Made by a program: the position numbers and the translations under genes | NCBI GenBank assembly: GCA_964473715.1 | Contig: CAYYQC010000001.1 | Span: 60,674 to 124,673, forward strand | Origin: an uncultured Gammaproteobacteria bacterium | GTDB taxonomy: Bacteria; Patescibacteriota; Patescibacteriia; Magasanikbacterales; UBA922 | Direction: 5' to 3' | DNA length: 64,000 nucleotides | In this document: positions 10,173-19,880 of the stretch, in pieces | How the letters are laid out: the number at the start of each line of letters is the position of its first letter | How positions within the stretch are numbered: position 1 is the first letter of the stretch | Notes under the pieces: generated by a model | The model's input: the letters and a program-made list of their open reading frames with translations, nothing else | Told to the model about the DNA's origin: nothing | The model's database searches: none

Positions 10173-10373
10173 GGGGGTTATCCACTCCCCTTAGAAGAAG
10201 CTCAATCACCTGGGAACCAACTATATTGATTACCAAAGGATTGAGTGGGAGCGGCTTTTCGAGCTACTCCCAGCCGTGTCGCTACCCCGTGGGCAGACCG
10301 ACTCGACTGAGCAGCAAAAAGCCACTCCCTCCCCCCTTGTGTCCCGCGCGAGCTAGCGCTGCGGGACGATGTC

Positions 10374-11342
10374 CTAGAACTTGTATTCGACCTGAAGGCC
10401 GAATTCGAACAAGCTCAGCACCGAGGCGTCCTTGAAGGACATCCCTGGCGCGATGTTTGGGTTGACTCCACCCTCACCGTAGAGGGTGAAGAGGCCAGCG
10501 TAGGCCGAGGTGGAACGCGAAAGCGCCAGCGGGCGGAACTCCGCTCGTGCGTCGATCGCGATTCCCCGAATGTCCCAGCTCCAAGCCGCATCTGGACCCG
10601 ACTGGGTCCAGCGTGCGACCAGGTAAATCCCGAAAGCTTCCCGGGCATAGCCCAGGAGCCACGAGACCTCCCCGCCGATCTTACGGCTCGTTTCCGACCC
10701 ATCGCCGGCGAGACCCATCAGGGCCCCGACGGTGACTGCCGTCCGGAAGTCGTAGACTCCCAGCTGGATACCGGCGTAGACGTTCTGGATGGAGGTGTTG
10801 CCCCCCACCAGACGGTAGCCGGTGCCGACGAGCGGCGAGATGTGAACGATGGACTGGGGCGGGGCGTCGCGGCCATTGCGAACGACCGCTCGTGTGCCAT
10901 CCTGACACTCGATGGTTGCCCCGCGCATGGTCTGGTGGACCGTACAGGACTTGCCGTCCTGACCGTTGCTTCCATCGACGCCGTCGATCCCGTCGCACCA
11001 TTCGGCCGCGGTGCCATCTCGGCACTCGAGCCGGTGGCACTTGCCATCGGTGTCCGTCACGTCGGAGATACTGCAGGAGCTCTTCGTGAGCTCCTCGAAC
11101 TCCTTGCGCTTCTTCTCGCGCGCGCGGAGGTTCCACTCCGCCCACTCCTCGCAGGAGATGGGATCGCCGTCCTGGTTCCGACCCCAGAAACCGGGGCCAT
11201 CCGCAGAACAGCAGAAGGTGGAGGTGAAGGCGCGGGACTCGCAACGGCCGACGCAGTCGGCCCCGTCGTTGCAGGTCTCCTCGGCCTGCGCGCTGAAGGT
11301 GAGGACGAGGAAAGCGAAGAAGAACATTACGAAACGAACCAT
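10374..11342 (-). CDS. High-GC secreted protein with SCTV..IEC.DGT/collagen-like repeat and C-terminal outer-membrane beta-barrel-like domain (gene B)
   Basis: Sec signal ending AQA; GGAGA SD; DGIDGVDGSNGQDGKSCTV; alternating amphipathic beta-strands ending FEFGLQVEYKF. Confidence 0.75.
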   Translation of the reverse strand: MVRFVMFFFAFLVLTFSAQAEETCNDGADCVGRCESRAFTSTFCCSADGPGFWGRNQDGDPISCEEWAEWNLRAREKKRKEFEELTKSSCSISDVTDTDGKCHRLECRDGTAAEWCDGIDGVDGSNGQDGKSCTVHQTMRGATIECQDGTRAVVRNGRDAPPQSIVHISPLVGTGYRLVGGNTSIQNVYAGIQLGVYDFRTAVTVGALMGLAGDGSETSRKIGGEVSWLLGYAREAFGIYLVARWTQSGPDAAWSWDIRGIAIDARAEFRPLALSRSTSAYAGLFTLYGEGGVNPNIAPGMSFKDASVLSLFEFGLQVEYKF

Positions 11343-11546
11343 GGTGTTTCTCCGTGCCCAGCAGCGCTGGGCAAGTTTGGGTGTAACCTGAGTTGTACGG
11401 TACGCTTGCCCAGGGGAACCCCTAGGCTTTTGTTGTTGGTCACCGAAGTGGCCATCTCAATTCCCTTCTATACTAGATAGAAAGGTACTAAAATGGCGAT
11501 TTTGGCTAAGATTAGCGACGATTTGCCTATTTAAAAACAACAAACG

Positions 11547-11575
11547 AGTATAGCATTTTTTAGTGATTTTGTCAA
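11547..11575 (-). promoter_or_regulatory. Extended sigma70 promoter for high-GC gene B
   Basis: Minus strand TTGACA-aaatcactaaaaaatgc(17)-TATACT. Confidence 0.75.
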
Positions 11576-11656
11576 GCCTGTTATGGATATATACCCTAAA
11601 CTAAAAACCCTCTCTTTACAAGAAGGTTTTTATAATTACCTGTTTCTAGACCATGG

Positions 11657-14600
11657 CTAATCAATCCATTTTTTTCCCCCAAACTTACCACCCACCACCC
11701 CGCCCAAAAGTCCAATGATACCTCCTACATATTTCTTCCATTTCATAGGAGTTTCACCTAGGCGTTTCATTTCTGAGTTAACTTTATCTTGTGTACCAGT
11801 ACGTTCTTTAATAAGTGAGTCTAAGATAAATTTACGCTTACCTTTTTCATCTTCTTTAAAATATTCTATTTTGCGCAGCTTGTATAACAAATTTTCCACT
11901 TCTAATTTTAGACCAGCCTTACCATTGAATTGACCAGTGAATAAAGCTACATCCAAAGTATTAATATATTCTTGAAGATCTGTATTCTTTAATTTTTCTT
12001 TTTTCTCTTCATCATCAAGCTTATCAATTGCAGCCATGTCATTAATAATTTCTTTAACCCCTTTAACCGTTTTCTTAGTTTCTTTTTTCAAAAAATCTTT
12101 AACTGTTTCTGCATCTAAGTGCGCACCAATTTCACCACCAGCAAGCATACCACTTACACCAAGAATAATACGTCTAGATAGAATAGAGGAGGTAGTAAGC
12201 GCAATACCAAGACCAATACCCATGGCACCAGATACCATATCGCCTTTACGACGCAATTCTTTGGACTTAGAACGCGCCCACATGTATTTACCTTTTATTT
12301 TATCAATCGCAATACCCAGATTACCTTTAGGGTCTGCTCTACCAGAAAACTTACCATCACGAGAACTATGCGCCTTATCTGCATCAGAATAATTTTTATC
12401 AATATCTTTTTTCATAGCAGATGCAGCGTCGCGCGAATGATTGAGTTTATGTAAATACTTATCGAGTAAAGCCAGACGTTCACCAGCAATATCACCCTGT
12501 TCATGATATTGCTCACCAATAGTATGTGCAGCTTCAATACGAAGCAAGTACAAACCAGCAGAATCACGTGGATCTAATCCCCCTTTTCTTTCTTTGGCCG
12601 AACGCTGCAAAGTGGCCTGCCGAATACCTTCAGAAAGCCAAGCAGCCATGCTTCGCATTTTATATTCATTTTTAGCTTTAATTTCTTCAAGAACTTGATT
12701 ACCAATTTTTTTCTTCTTATCAGAATCACCTTTTTTAATATCTTCTTCTCCAACATTATCAATAAATTTAACAGTGCGGTCCCGCCAACTTGTGAGCCAA
12801 CGATTGGAAAGTTGTGCGGCTGATGTAGCCATAACCACTGAAGTATCGTCATTCATTTTAAATTCATCTTCTAAATATTCTCCAGCCACCTGACCAGCTG
12901 CACCACCTGCCACAAAAATACCTAGACGCAAGCTACGTTTCTTAGCCAAACCCCAAGTTTTTCTCCAATTCATTGAGTTAAAAAAACCATCAGTCGCCTC
13001 TTCGATAGTTGTTTTTCGGTCATCATTCGCAGCTTGTTGAAAAATTGGAAATACTTCTTTCCATAAACCACGTTTCTGTTCTCCTCCTACCCACATTTCT
13101 TTAAATTGATCTACAGTAAGATTATTTTCTTTTAATGCTTGAGAAAACTTACCCATAGTAGATTTTTCATCAGCAGACTCCACTACATCTTTAAATAATT
13201 CAATGAAGGCAAGCTCAGCATCGGTCTTATTTTTAAAAATCATTTCCGATACTCCAGCTAATTTTTTACTCAAATCACCAGCTGGATTTGTGTCAGCTTC
13301 ATTAATAAGCATTTCCAAAAATACTCCAGAATCAATATTAACAATTGGTTTAGGCTCACCACCTTCAACATCTTTCCACTCAGGCTTTGGCAAAGCACGC
13401 GCGTCAGGCGCTTTTTCTTCATGATGACCATGCGCGTGTCCGTCTGCGTGTCCATGCGATTGTCCATGTGCATGACCACCACCATGACCCGCATCATGTT
13501 TGGGTGCGGCATGAGACGCAACTGTTTTGGCTGCAGGCGCAGCATGTTTTTCTTGGTGTTTTTCGGCTGGTTTTGCATGACCCTTATCGGCAGGTTTATG
13601 TGCATCAGGTTTTGCATGACTGACTGCGTGATCTGATTTATGTCCATGATCTTCACCATGACCGTGTGCAACACGCGGATAAATATTTCTATAATCCACA
13701 TGAGACATGAGTGTGTCCCAAGTATCTTGAAAATTACGAACAGTTTTAATGGCACGATTAAAAGAAGATTCAATTAAATCTTTTTCTATGTCATCGGCAT
13801 GAGCATCTTCAATTTTGTAAAGCGCAATGTATTTGGCAAAACCGCTAGCATCACCTTTTATTTCCGCCTGTACAATCTCATGACGATCATTAGGTTTTTC
13901 AGAAACAAAAGTAATGATTAAATCATGATTGGGAGCCACGGAAATAGTATCAATTTTAAAACTTGGAATAATTACTTCCACGGTTTTGCCTAAATACTCA
14001 AAAGTACCTTTTTCTTTATTTAAAACATTTAGTTTAACCGAAGACTCCAGTTCTGGTTCTTCATGATGTTCTTCATTAATTTCCTCAGCTGGAACAATGG
14101 CCACATCAGAGGTTTTTTTGGCTTTTTGCCACACTTCCATTTCTGCTCGCAAGCCTGAAAGTAACGAAGGAATTTCAGTAAGCGGCTGACCAGTTTTTGA
14201 GACCTGAGATAAACGATCAGAGAGAGCGCCATCAATTTTATAGAGAAGTTCAACCTGTGTAACTTTTTTTCCTGCAAAATGAATTATCATTGAAACATCA
14301 ATGTTGGTATTTTCATCCTTCTGCGAATAATCAAATGAAATAAAATTTTTACCTGTTTTAAGAGGAGTCTCTAATTCAAATCCATCTGGAATATCACCAA
14401 AATTTATAGTATGATCAGGATCACTTTCTAAAGTAAGACGATTGAATACCTCATCATAATCTTTAATTCCTTCCAATGATTGCAGAATTTCTTTTGATGT
14501 TTTTGGTTCGTTTTCTACACGTGGCTGTGGTGATTTTACTTCAGGTGCGATTGGAGCAGCCGCAGGTTGTGGCAAATTATCAGTAGTAGGATTGATTAAA

Positions 14601-15970
14601 TCTTTTTTAAATTGTTCAAAAAAAGCTGGCAAATTATCTACCACTGGTTTGGCGCAAATTTTGCGATAACTAACACTAGTATCATAATCCTCATCATCAT
14701 TACGTGGAGAGGAAGTAGCCGAAATAAGTTCTCCCTGCTTATTAAAATAAATTTCAAAAACCGCAGCATATTTATATGCGTTTTTTTCTGGTACTTGATT
14801 ATAAGAAAAACGAAGGTGACCATCTTCAGTACCTGCAGTCAGGGCCTGACTATTGTAAACATAATTACCAGGTACATCTTTAAAATTAATTTCCCCACCA
14901 TCTAGTTTAAGAACAGCATTTTCACTATTATATTCTTTGACACCCTTAAGTTTTTTAACAAACTCACTATCACCGCCCATGACGTCTGCAACTATTCCAT
15001 TTAAATAAACCTTAACATCTAATCTCAGATTATCTAAAGTGGTTGGTTTTGAATAGGTACTTCCCGCCCTACCGTATCTGGTAATTTGAATGTAACCAAG
15101 ATCATCTAAAGCACTGATTTCTATTCTGTTTTCTTGACCGTTAGTTATTTTTCCCAAATTTGGAGAAGGAAAATCAATCACTAAAACCGACTTATTATCC
15201 TTTTTAGTAAAGGATGTCACATAAGACATTTTTTCACCGATCAATCCTTCTGTCCATTCATTAGCCCCAGCTAATAAATCTTCTCCATTGCACTCGATAC
15301 CTTGCTCTGAAACAGAGATACCTGTGGAATTTTCAAACTCATCTTTAAGCGTAGGCGCTTCAGCTTGAATACCTTTCAATTCTTGAATTCTTTTCCAAAA
15401 AATTTCAACATTATTATCAGCGATTTTATCCAATTTTAGATTACTATAAATACCAGTTCTACTTTGCAAATACTCAAATTGCAAGGGAGTAAACTTAAAA
15501 GAATATTTTTTCAATAATGTTTTAAACTTAGACTTATTATTCTCTTGAAACAATTCAGAATCTGGTTTGATGTCTAACAATCTAATGGCAGCATCTACAA
15601 AAGCAGTTTCATCACTTTGAGTTTTTTCTGCTTCACGTTGTTTTAATAATTCTTTTCTAATTTCAAGTAAATTATTCAAACTATCATGAATAGCTTTAAA
15701 CGGCTTGCCTCCTGCTCTGGCAAGCACTTTGGCATTCTGCAGCGTTTCAACTTCATCCTTAATCAGATCAATTTCCTGAATAGTAATACTTTTTTCTGCT
15801 TCAATTTTTTGCAGCAACTCTTCAATTTCTTCATCAGAAATAGAATCAGTTTTTTTTCGGAGTTCTAAAAGCTGTGCAGCAGCGTCATTGCCTAAACGAT
15901 TTTCTAATTTTTTTTCTGAAGCCGCAACTTCTTTTTTATTCGGACCAAGCCATTTTTCAAATAATCCCAT
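11657..15970 (-). CDS. Large hypothetical protein (1437 aa) with His-rich linker and C-terminal glycine-zipper-like hydrophobic helices
   Basis: Long ORF with native codon usage; HGHGEDHGHK...HAHGHHEE segment; GxxxG segments (GMLAGGEIG, GGIIGLLGGVVGG). Confidence 0.85.
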   Translation of the reverse strand: MGLFEKWLGPNKKEVAASEKKLENRLGNDAAAQLLELRKKTDSISDEEIEELLQKIEAEKSITIQEIDLIKDEVETLQNAKVLARAGGKPFKAIHDSLNNLLEIRKELLKQREAEKTQSDETAFVDAAIRLLDIKPDSELFQENNKSKFKTLLKKYSFKFTPLQFEYLQSRTGIYSNLKLDKIADNNVEIFWKRIQELKGIQAEAPTLKDEFENSTGISVSEQGIECNGEDLLAGANEWTEGLIGEKMSYVTSFTKKDNKSVLVIDFPSPNLGKITNGQENRIEISALDDLGYIQITRYGRAGSTYSKPTTLDNLRLDVKVYLNGIVADVMGGDSEFVKKLKGVKEYNSENAVLKLDGGEINFKDVPGNYVYNSQALTAGTEDGHLRFSYNQVPEKNAYKYAAVFEIYFNKQGELISATSSPRNDDEDYDTSVSYRKICAKPVVDNLPAFFEQFKKDLINPTTDNLPQPAAAPIAPEVKSPQPRVENEPKTSKEILQSLEGIKDYDEVFNRLTLESDPDHTINFGDIPDGFELETPLKTGKNFISFDYSQKDENTNIDVSMIIHFAGKKVTQVELLYKIDGALSDRLSQVSKTGQPLTEIPSLLSGLRAEMEVWQKAKKTSDVAIVPAEEINEEHHEEPELESSVKLNVLNKEKGTFEYLGKTVEVIIPSFKIDTISVAPNHDLIITFVSEKPNDRHEIVQAEIKGDASGFAKYIALYKIEDAHADDIEKDLIESSFNRAIKTVRNFQDTWDTLMSHVDYRNIYPRVAHGHGEDHGHKSDHAVSHAKPDAHKPADKGHAKPAEKHQEKHAAPAAKTVASHAAPKHDAGHGGGHAHGQSHGHADGHAHGHHEEKAPDARALPKPEWKDVEGGEPKPIVNIDSGVFLEMLINEADTNPAGDLSKKLAGVSEMIFKNKTDAELAFIELFKDVVESADEKSTMGKFSQALKENNLTVDQFKEMWVGGEQKRGLWKEVFPIFQQAANDDRKTTIEEATDGFFNSMNWRKTWGLAKKRSLRLGIFVAGGAAGQVAGEYLEDEFKMNDDTSVVMATSAAQLSNRWLTSWRDRTVKFIDNVGEEDIKKGDSDKKKKIGNQVLEEIKAKNEYKMRSMAAWLSEGIRQATLQRSAKERKGGLDPRDSAGLYLLRIEAAHTIGEQYHEQGDIAGERLALLDKYLHKLNHSRDAASAMKKDIDKNYSDADKAHSSRDGKFSGRADPKGNLGIAIDKIKGKYMWARSKSKELRRKGDMVSGAMGIGLGIALTTSSILSRRIILGVSGMLAGGEIGAHLDAETVKDFLKKETKKTVKGVKEIINDMAAIDKLDDEEKKEKLKNTDLQEYINTLDVALFTGQFNGKAGLKLEVENLLYKLRKIEYFKEDEKGKRKFILDSLIKERTGTQDKVNSEMKRLGETPMKWKKYVGGIIGLLGGVVGGKFGGKKWID

Positions 15971-15975
15971 ACCGC

Positions 15976-16170
15976 TTATTTAAACTGAGAAATCTTTTGC
16001 AAAATATTGTGCAATTCTTCTTTGTCAGAAAAATTTTGTTCTTCTACTCGAAGACGTTTCATTTCAGTGCGAATAATTTGCATTTCTTGTTCAGCTCTCA
16101 AAAGAAGGTCAATAGTATGCCTCATTTCTTGGCGTTTGGCAGCCTTATCTTGAGATTGAACAGAAATCAT
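15976..16170 (-). CDS. Small coiled-coil hypothetical protein
   Basis: Tightly packed between flanking minus-strand genes; heptad-like charged sequence. Confidence 0.6.
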   Translation of the reverse strand: MISVQSQDKAAKRQEMRHTIDLLLRAEQEMQIIRTEMKRLRVEEQNFSDKEELHNILQKISQFK

Positions 16171-16172
16171 AA

Positions 16173-16493
16173 TTATTTGGTGAATATTTCCCGAGATTCT
16201 TGCTTGAATTCTTCAAGTGCTTGGGCAGCTTTGACCTCATAATCTGGTACATGTTTTTTCCAAAAATCCGCCCATTCTTGTGGAGTTGGGTCACTATCGG
16301 TAAGTTCTTGAAATTCTTGAGAGGCATTAGTAGGTACAAATGGCAAAAGCGCAGCTCCCAATCGAATTTCTAAGTTATGTACAATTCCAGGCAAATATTC
16401 TGAACGCTCAGTATCATTTAAGTTATCAATTCCAAGATCAGTAAGAACTTTTTCTGCAAATTCTTCTAAAAAATATTTTGGTTCGTTGGCCAT
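16173..16493 (-). CDS. DUF5663-like protein (CPR-typical)
   Basis: LTDLGIDNL...LEIRLGAAL...W..HVPDY pattern; likely start ATG 16493. Confidence 0.7.
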   Translation of the reverse strand: MANEPKYFLEEFAEKVLTDLGIDNLNDTERSEYLPGIVHNLEIRLGAALLPFVPTNASQEFQELTDSDPTPQEWADFWKKHVPDYEVKAAQALEEFKQESREIFTK

Positions 16494-16494
16494 A

Positions 16495-17085
16495 TTAGGC
16501 ACGAGGTTTAGAAACTATAAAGGCAGCAAGTAAGACACCAGCAATAAATCCGATCCCTGCATTCGTAATTGGATTTGGTTGTACTGGAAAGGCGGTGGCA
16601 ATTGGAGGATTAACTACTTTAAGTATAACATCACCACCCACATATTCCCAGCCTTTATCCACCAAAGTTTGTGAAAGCGCGGCCGCTAATTGACGCGCAG
16701 CGGCTGGATCTGGACGATAAGCACTAACAGAAATAATTCCAGTGTTATATACCATTGAACCTTCAACCATCTTGCTCCAAGCACGACGTTGCTGGCGCGG
16801 GGTAAGCTTGTCATAACCGCTCCAATCAAGAGTGTTTCCAGCCGTCACACGCACTTTGCGGAAAAAATCATCAGTCATCATGATTTCCACTAAATTTTCT
16901 CCCATACGTTCCGTGGATTTAATCATGGTGTACGGATCTACCCCATAACGAGTTTTTGGCATAACCAAAATCTGCGCATCTGCACGATAATTCAGTGGCC
17001 AGATAAACGTGGCGCCTGCGGAAAATACCGCGGCAATTAGTCCCATGAGAACGAGAAATTTCCAACGGTGCCAAAGTGGTGACAT
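16495..17085 (-). CDS. Wzz/CapA-like polysaccharide chain-length regulator
   Basis: N-terminal TM followed by P.YRADAQILV; C-terminal PVQPNPITNAGIGFIAG TM. Confidence 0.7.
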   Translation of the reverse strand: MSPLWHRWKFLVLMGLIAAVFSAGATFIWPLNYRADAQILVMPKTRYGVDPYTMIKSTERMGENLVEIMMTDDFFRKVRVTAGNTLDWSGYDKLTPRQQRRAWSKMVEGSMVYNTGIISVSAYRPDPAAARQLAAALSQTLVDKGWEYVGGDVILKVVNPPIATAFPVQPNPITNAGIGFIAGVLLAAFIVSKPRA

Positions 17086-17101
17086 AGACAGGGGGTTAAA
17101 A

Positions 17102-18151
17102 TTATTTAGTAATAATTATTTCAATGGTTTCTTCTTGACGAAGCACGGTAGCGGTAAAACTCTCTGGCGCAAGCGTGAGCAATTCCACAAAATTTTCACG
17201 TGTCACATTTTGATTATTAATTTTTATAATTTGATCACCTACTTTAATTGGATGATTAGCCGATGCGCGGGTAATTTCAGTGATTAAAAATCCAGCTGAT
17301 TGCACAAAACCTTGTTCACTGGCGGTAAGTTCTACAAAAGTACCGCGCCAATCAAAACTCCACACTGGAATAGTTTTAGTGTTAGCGGCTAATTGTGAAA
17401 TAATTTGATTAATCATCCACACGGGAATAATTTTTTGCTCTGGCGCAGAAAAACCCACAAATTCGCCGCGGTCAGTAATTAATACTTGTTGTGATTTACT
17501 AAGTTCACGCAAAGTGTAAACAGTTTTATCCACTGACACTGTAGAAATTAAACCACTCGGCATCACAGGTTCATCAATAGTGGCCAAATGCCAATCTGAA
17601 CTTCCGCTCCAAACTAAACGGCCAGGCGTAAGCGCATTTAAACCAGCAAATACAGTGGTAGAACGAAAATTCGCGCCACTAAATTTAATATATACTAATT
17701 GTCTTTCAGGATCAGGAATAAATCGTTCCACCGCTAATCGTTGACCCTGGTAATCAGTACCTACTAATGAGGCTTTATTAAAAGCAGTTGACCATGGTGC
17801 TACACTCCAACCTCCTGCATTTACAATTACTGCAGTCGTAAGACGCGCGGTTTCAGGAAAATATTTTTTATTCACGGCTTTATTTTCATCGTAAACCGCA
17901 ATTAAACGCGGACGCCAATCTCGCACAACATTTGAATCTAGTACTGGACGTGTAGATGCGCGTGGAGCAGCATATTCTGCGCTAGAAGTAAGACCAGTAG
18001 GATACCAAGCATTAATCATAAGCAAGGCACCTACTGTGCCAGCTGCTAAACCACTAATAACTGCAATAATAAGCAATAATAAACGCTGCATATAATTATG
18101 ATGCGGCACTGAACAGGCGGGTGGCGGCAGATGTGGCGGAAATTGTTTCAT
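17102..18151 (-). CDS. Membrane-anchored HtrA-like protein with PDZ domain, catalytic residues apparently degenerate
   Basis: N-terminal TM; LITDRGEFVG; IKVGDQIIKIN PDZ signature; no GxSGG motif visible. Confidence 0.6.
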   Translation of the reverse strand: MKQFPPHLPPPACSVPHHNYMQRLLLLIIAVISGLAAGTVGALLMINAWYPTGLTSSAEYAAPRASTRPVLDSNVVRDWRPRLIAVYDENKAVNKKYFPETARLTTAVIVNAGGWSVAPWSTAFNKASLVGTDYQGQRLAVERFIPDPERQLVYIKFSGANFRSTTVFAGLNALTPGRLVWSGSSDWHLATIDEPVMPSGLISTVSVDKTVYTLRELSKSQQVLITDRGEFVGFSAPEQKIIPVWMINQIISQLAANTKTIPVWSFDWRGTFVELTASEQGFVQSAGFLITEITRASANHPIKVGDQIIKINNQNVTRENFVELLTLAPESFTATVLRQEETIEIIITK

Positions 18152-18915
18152 AAAAACCTAAGAATAGAGAGGAAAAAACCAAACAAAACAGCGTTGATTA
18201 CTAAAAATTTACGCTGTTTAAACCAAATGATATCACGATTACCAAAATGAAATCTCATGAGCAATTGTAAAACATACCAGAGCCACGTAATAATAAGTGC
18301 GCCAGCCAAATATCCAATTGAACTTAAACCAATAATTAAACTAGCCTGACCAATTAACACTCCCATTACAGAGAGTGGCACAAAATAATCTTTTAATCGA
18401 GCTTGAAAATATAATGACCATAATAAAAAGCTGGCAAGAGTGGCAAATCCAGCTTGAATAAATGGACTAATAATTGTGGTAAATGTGCTGGGGAAAAAAA
18501 CCACGCGCGCTTCTATGAATGCGCAGAATCCAAATAATGCGAGTGCAAGTGCCGCAGACACAGCGCGACGAAGTGGTTTTTCACGCACAAACACAATGGG
18601 TGCGGCCACACGTCTACTCCATAACATTATTACCGTTGCACCAAGTACACCCAAAGTAGTAATTAAAACTAAAGCCGAAGGCCACTCCACCACCACAAAG
18701 AGTGAGAGCAAACCAAGTTCACTAAATCCATATAACCACCAAAAAAAATGTCTAACACCAGCATGACTAACTATAAAATATAAAATCGCACCAAGAATAA
18801 TAAAGGTTGGCACTAATGCCCACCACTGAAATTGAAATAAAACAACGGCACCAAAAAAAGCGGCCGTGATTGTGGCTACCAAAAATAAAGCAAATTTTTC
18901 ACCAAATTTTATCAT
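18148..18915 (-). CDS. Polytopic membrane hypothetical protein
   Basis: About 8 hydrophobic segments; 4-nt overlaps with neighbours. Confidence 0.75.
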   Translation of the reverse strand: MIKFGEKFALFLVATITAAFFGAVVLFQFQWWALVPTFIILGAILYFIVSHAGVRHFFWWLYGFSELGLLSLFVVVEWPSALVLITTLGVLGATVIMLWSRRVAAPIVFVREKPLRRAVSAALALALFGFCAFIEARVVFFPSTFTTIISPFIQAGFATLASFLLWSLYFQARLKDYFVPLSVMGVLIGQASLIIGLSSIGYLAGALIITWLWYVLQLLMRFHFGNRDIIWFKQRKFLVINAVLFGFFLSILRFL

Positions 18916-19343
18916 ACAGCCGCCACTGCGGTTTGGAGTTTTTTAATGATTTCTTTCCAGGCAGTTATTTTTTCCTCGTCAGATTTTTTAGGGTCAGTAT
19001 TGGTAAACTCAAGCGCGGCTTTGAGATGCGCGTCGCGAGCATTTTCTGGAACGCGAACCAAAAAGAAAAAATCATTTAATATTTTTGACGCTTTGGCAGC
19101 AGTAATGTTTGACTCCATATTTGATTCCATATCAGCAGCCACCACCGCCAACTCACTTTGATATGAAGAAATAATTTCGGCCGGGGTACGTTCAGGGGGC
19201 AGAGTTTCCACTGGCTGATTGCTTAATGAGTCAGGTAATACTTGGCGAAAGCGTGGCCAAGCTATAATGGCCACAATAACAAAAGTAAAAATCACACCAG
19301 CCATAAGGAAGTGTGGAACTTTTGAATGAGTAGATAAATCCAT
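18912..19343 (-). CDS. Single-TM hypothetical protein
   Basis: Likely start ATG 19343; N-terminal TM; LVRVP motif. Confidence 0.65.
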   Translation of the reverse strand: MDLSTHSKVPHFLMAGVIFTFVIVAIIAWPRFRQVLPDSLSNQPVETLPPERTPAEIISSYQSELAVVAADMESNMESNITAAKASKILNDFFFLVRVPENARDAHLKAALEFTNTDPKKSDEEKITAWKEIIKKLQTAVAAV

Positions 19344-19430
19344 AGAGATAAAATAATTGTCCGTAGTATACCGTATAGAGGGGGTAAGTTGCAAAAAATC
19401 GCTAACTCACCTATTATTACTCTAGTTTTT

Positions 19431-19874
19431 ATGCCCACCTTAGCCCGAAACCGACGTGCCAGTTTTGATTATGAAATCCTTGAAAAATTTGAGGCTGGCT
19501 TAAAATTGAGTGGTTCTGAAGTAAAATCAATCCGTGGTGGACATATTTCCTTGGCCGGTGCTTTTGTAACTTTCCGCGGTGATGTACCATTTTTGACCAA
19601 TGCGCATATTCCAGCCTATCCTTTTGCCCAATATCCAGCTGGTTATGAACCCACCCAATCTAGAGAGCTTTTATTAAAAAAGAAAGAAATCGCTTATTTA
19701 CGCGAAAAATTGCAAGAAAAGGGATTGACAGCGCTCCCTTTGTCCGTGTATACTAAACAGCGCTATCTTAAGCTAGAAATTGGTATTGGCCGAGGCAAAA
19801 AAGCCTTTGACAAAAGAGCCAGTATCAAAAAACGTGAAAACGAGCGAGAGATACGCAGAGAACTTAACAGTTAA
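19431..19874 (+). CDS. smpB: SsrA-binding protein SmpB
   Basis: NRRASFDYEILEKFEAGLKLSGSEVKSIR; GRGKKAFDKR; adjacent to tmRNA. Confidence 0.97.
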   Translation: MPTLARNRRASFDYEILEKFEAGLKLSGSEVKSIRGGHISLAGAFVTFRGDVPFLTNAHIPAYPFAQYPAGYEPTQSRELLLKKKEIAYLREKLQEKGLTALPLSVYTKQRYLKLEIGIGRGKKAFDKRASIKKRENEREIRRELNS

Positions 19875-19880
19875 CATTAC

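Noticed and set aside
10415-11480. Multiple alternative ORFs overlapping gene B
   Set aside because: Stop-poor high-GC shadow frames with R/P/S-rich nonsense composition.
8340-11580. Integron cassettes, IS element or prophage as the explanation for the high-GC block
   Set aside because: No integrase, transposase or phage genes; no convincing attC (RYYYAAC...GTTRRRY) or terminal repeats; each gene has its own promoter. An assembly chimera cannot be fully excluded without reads.
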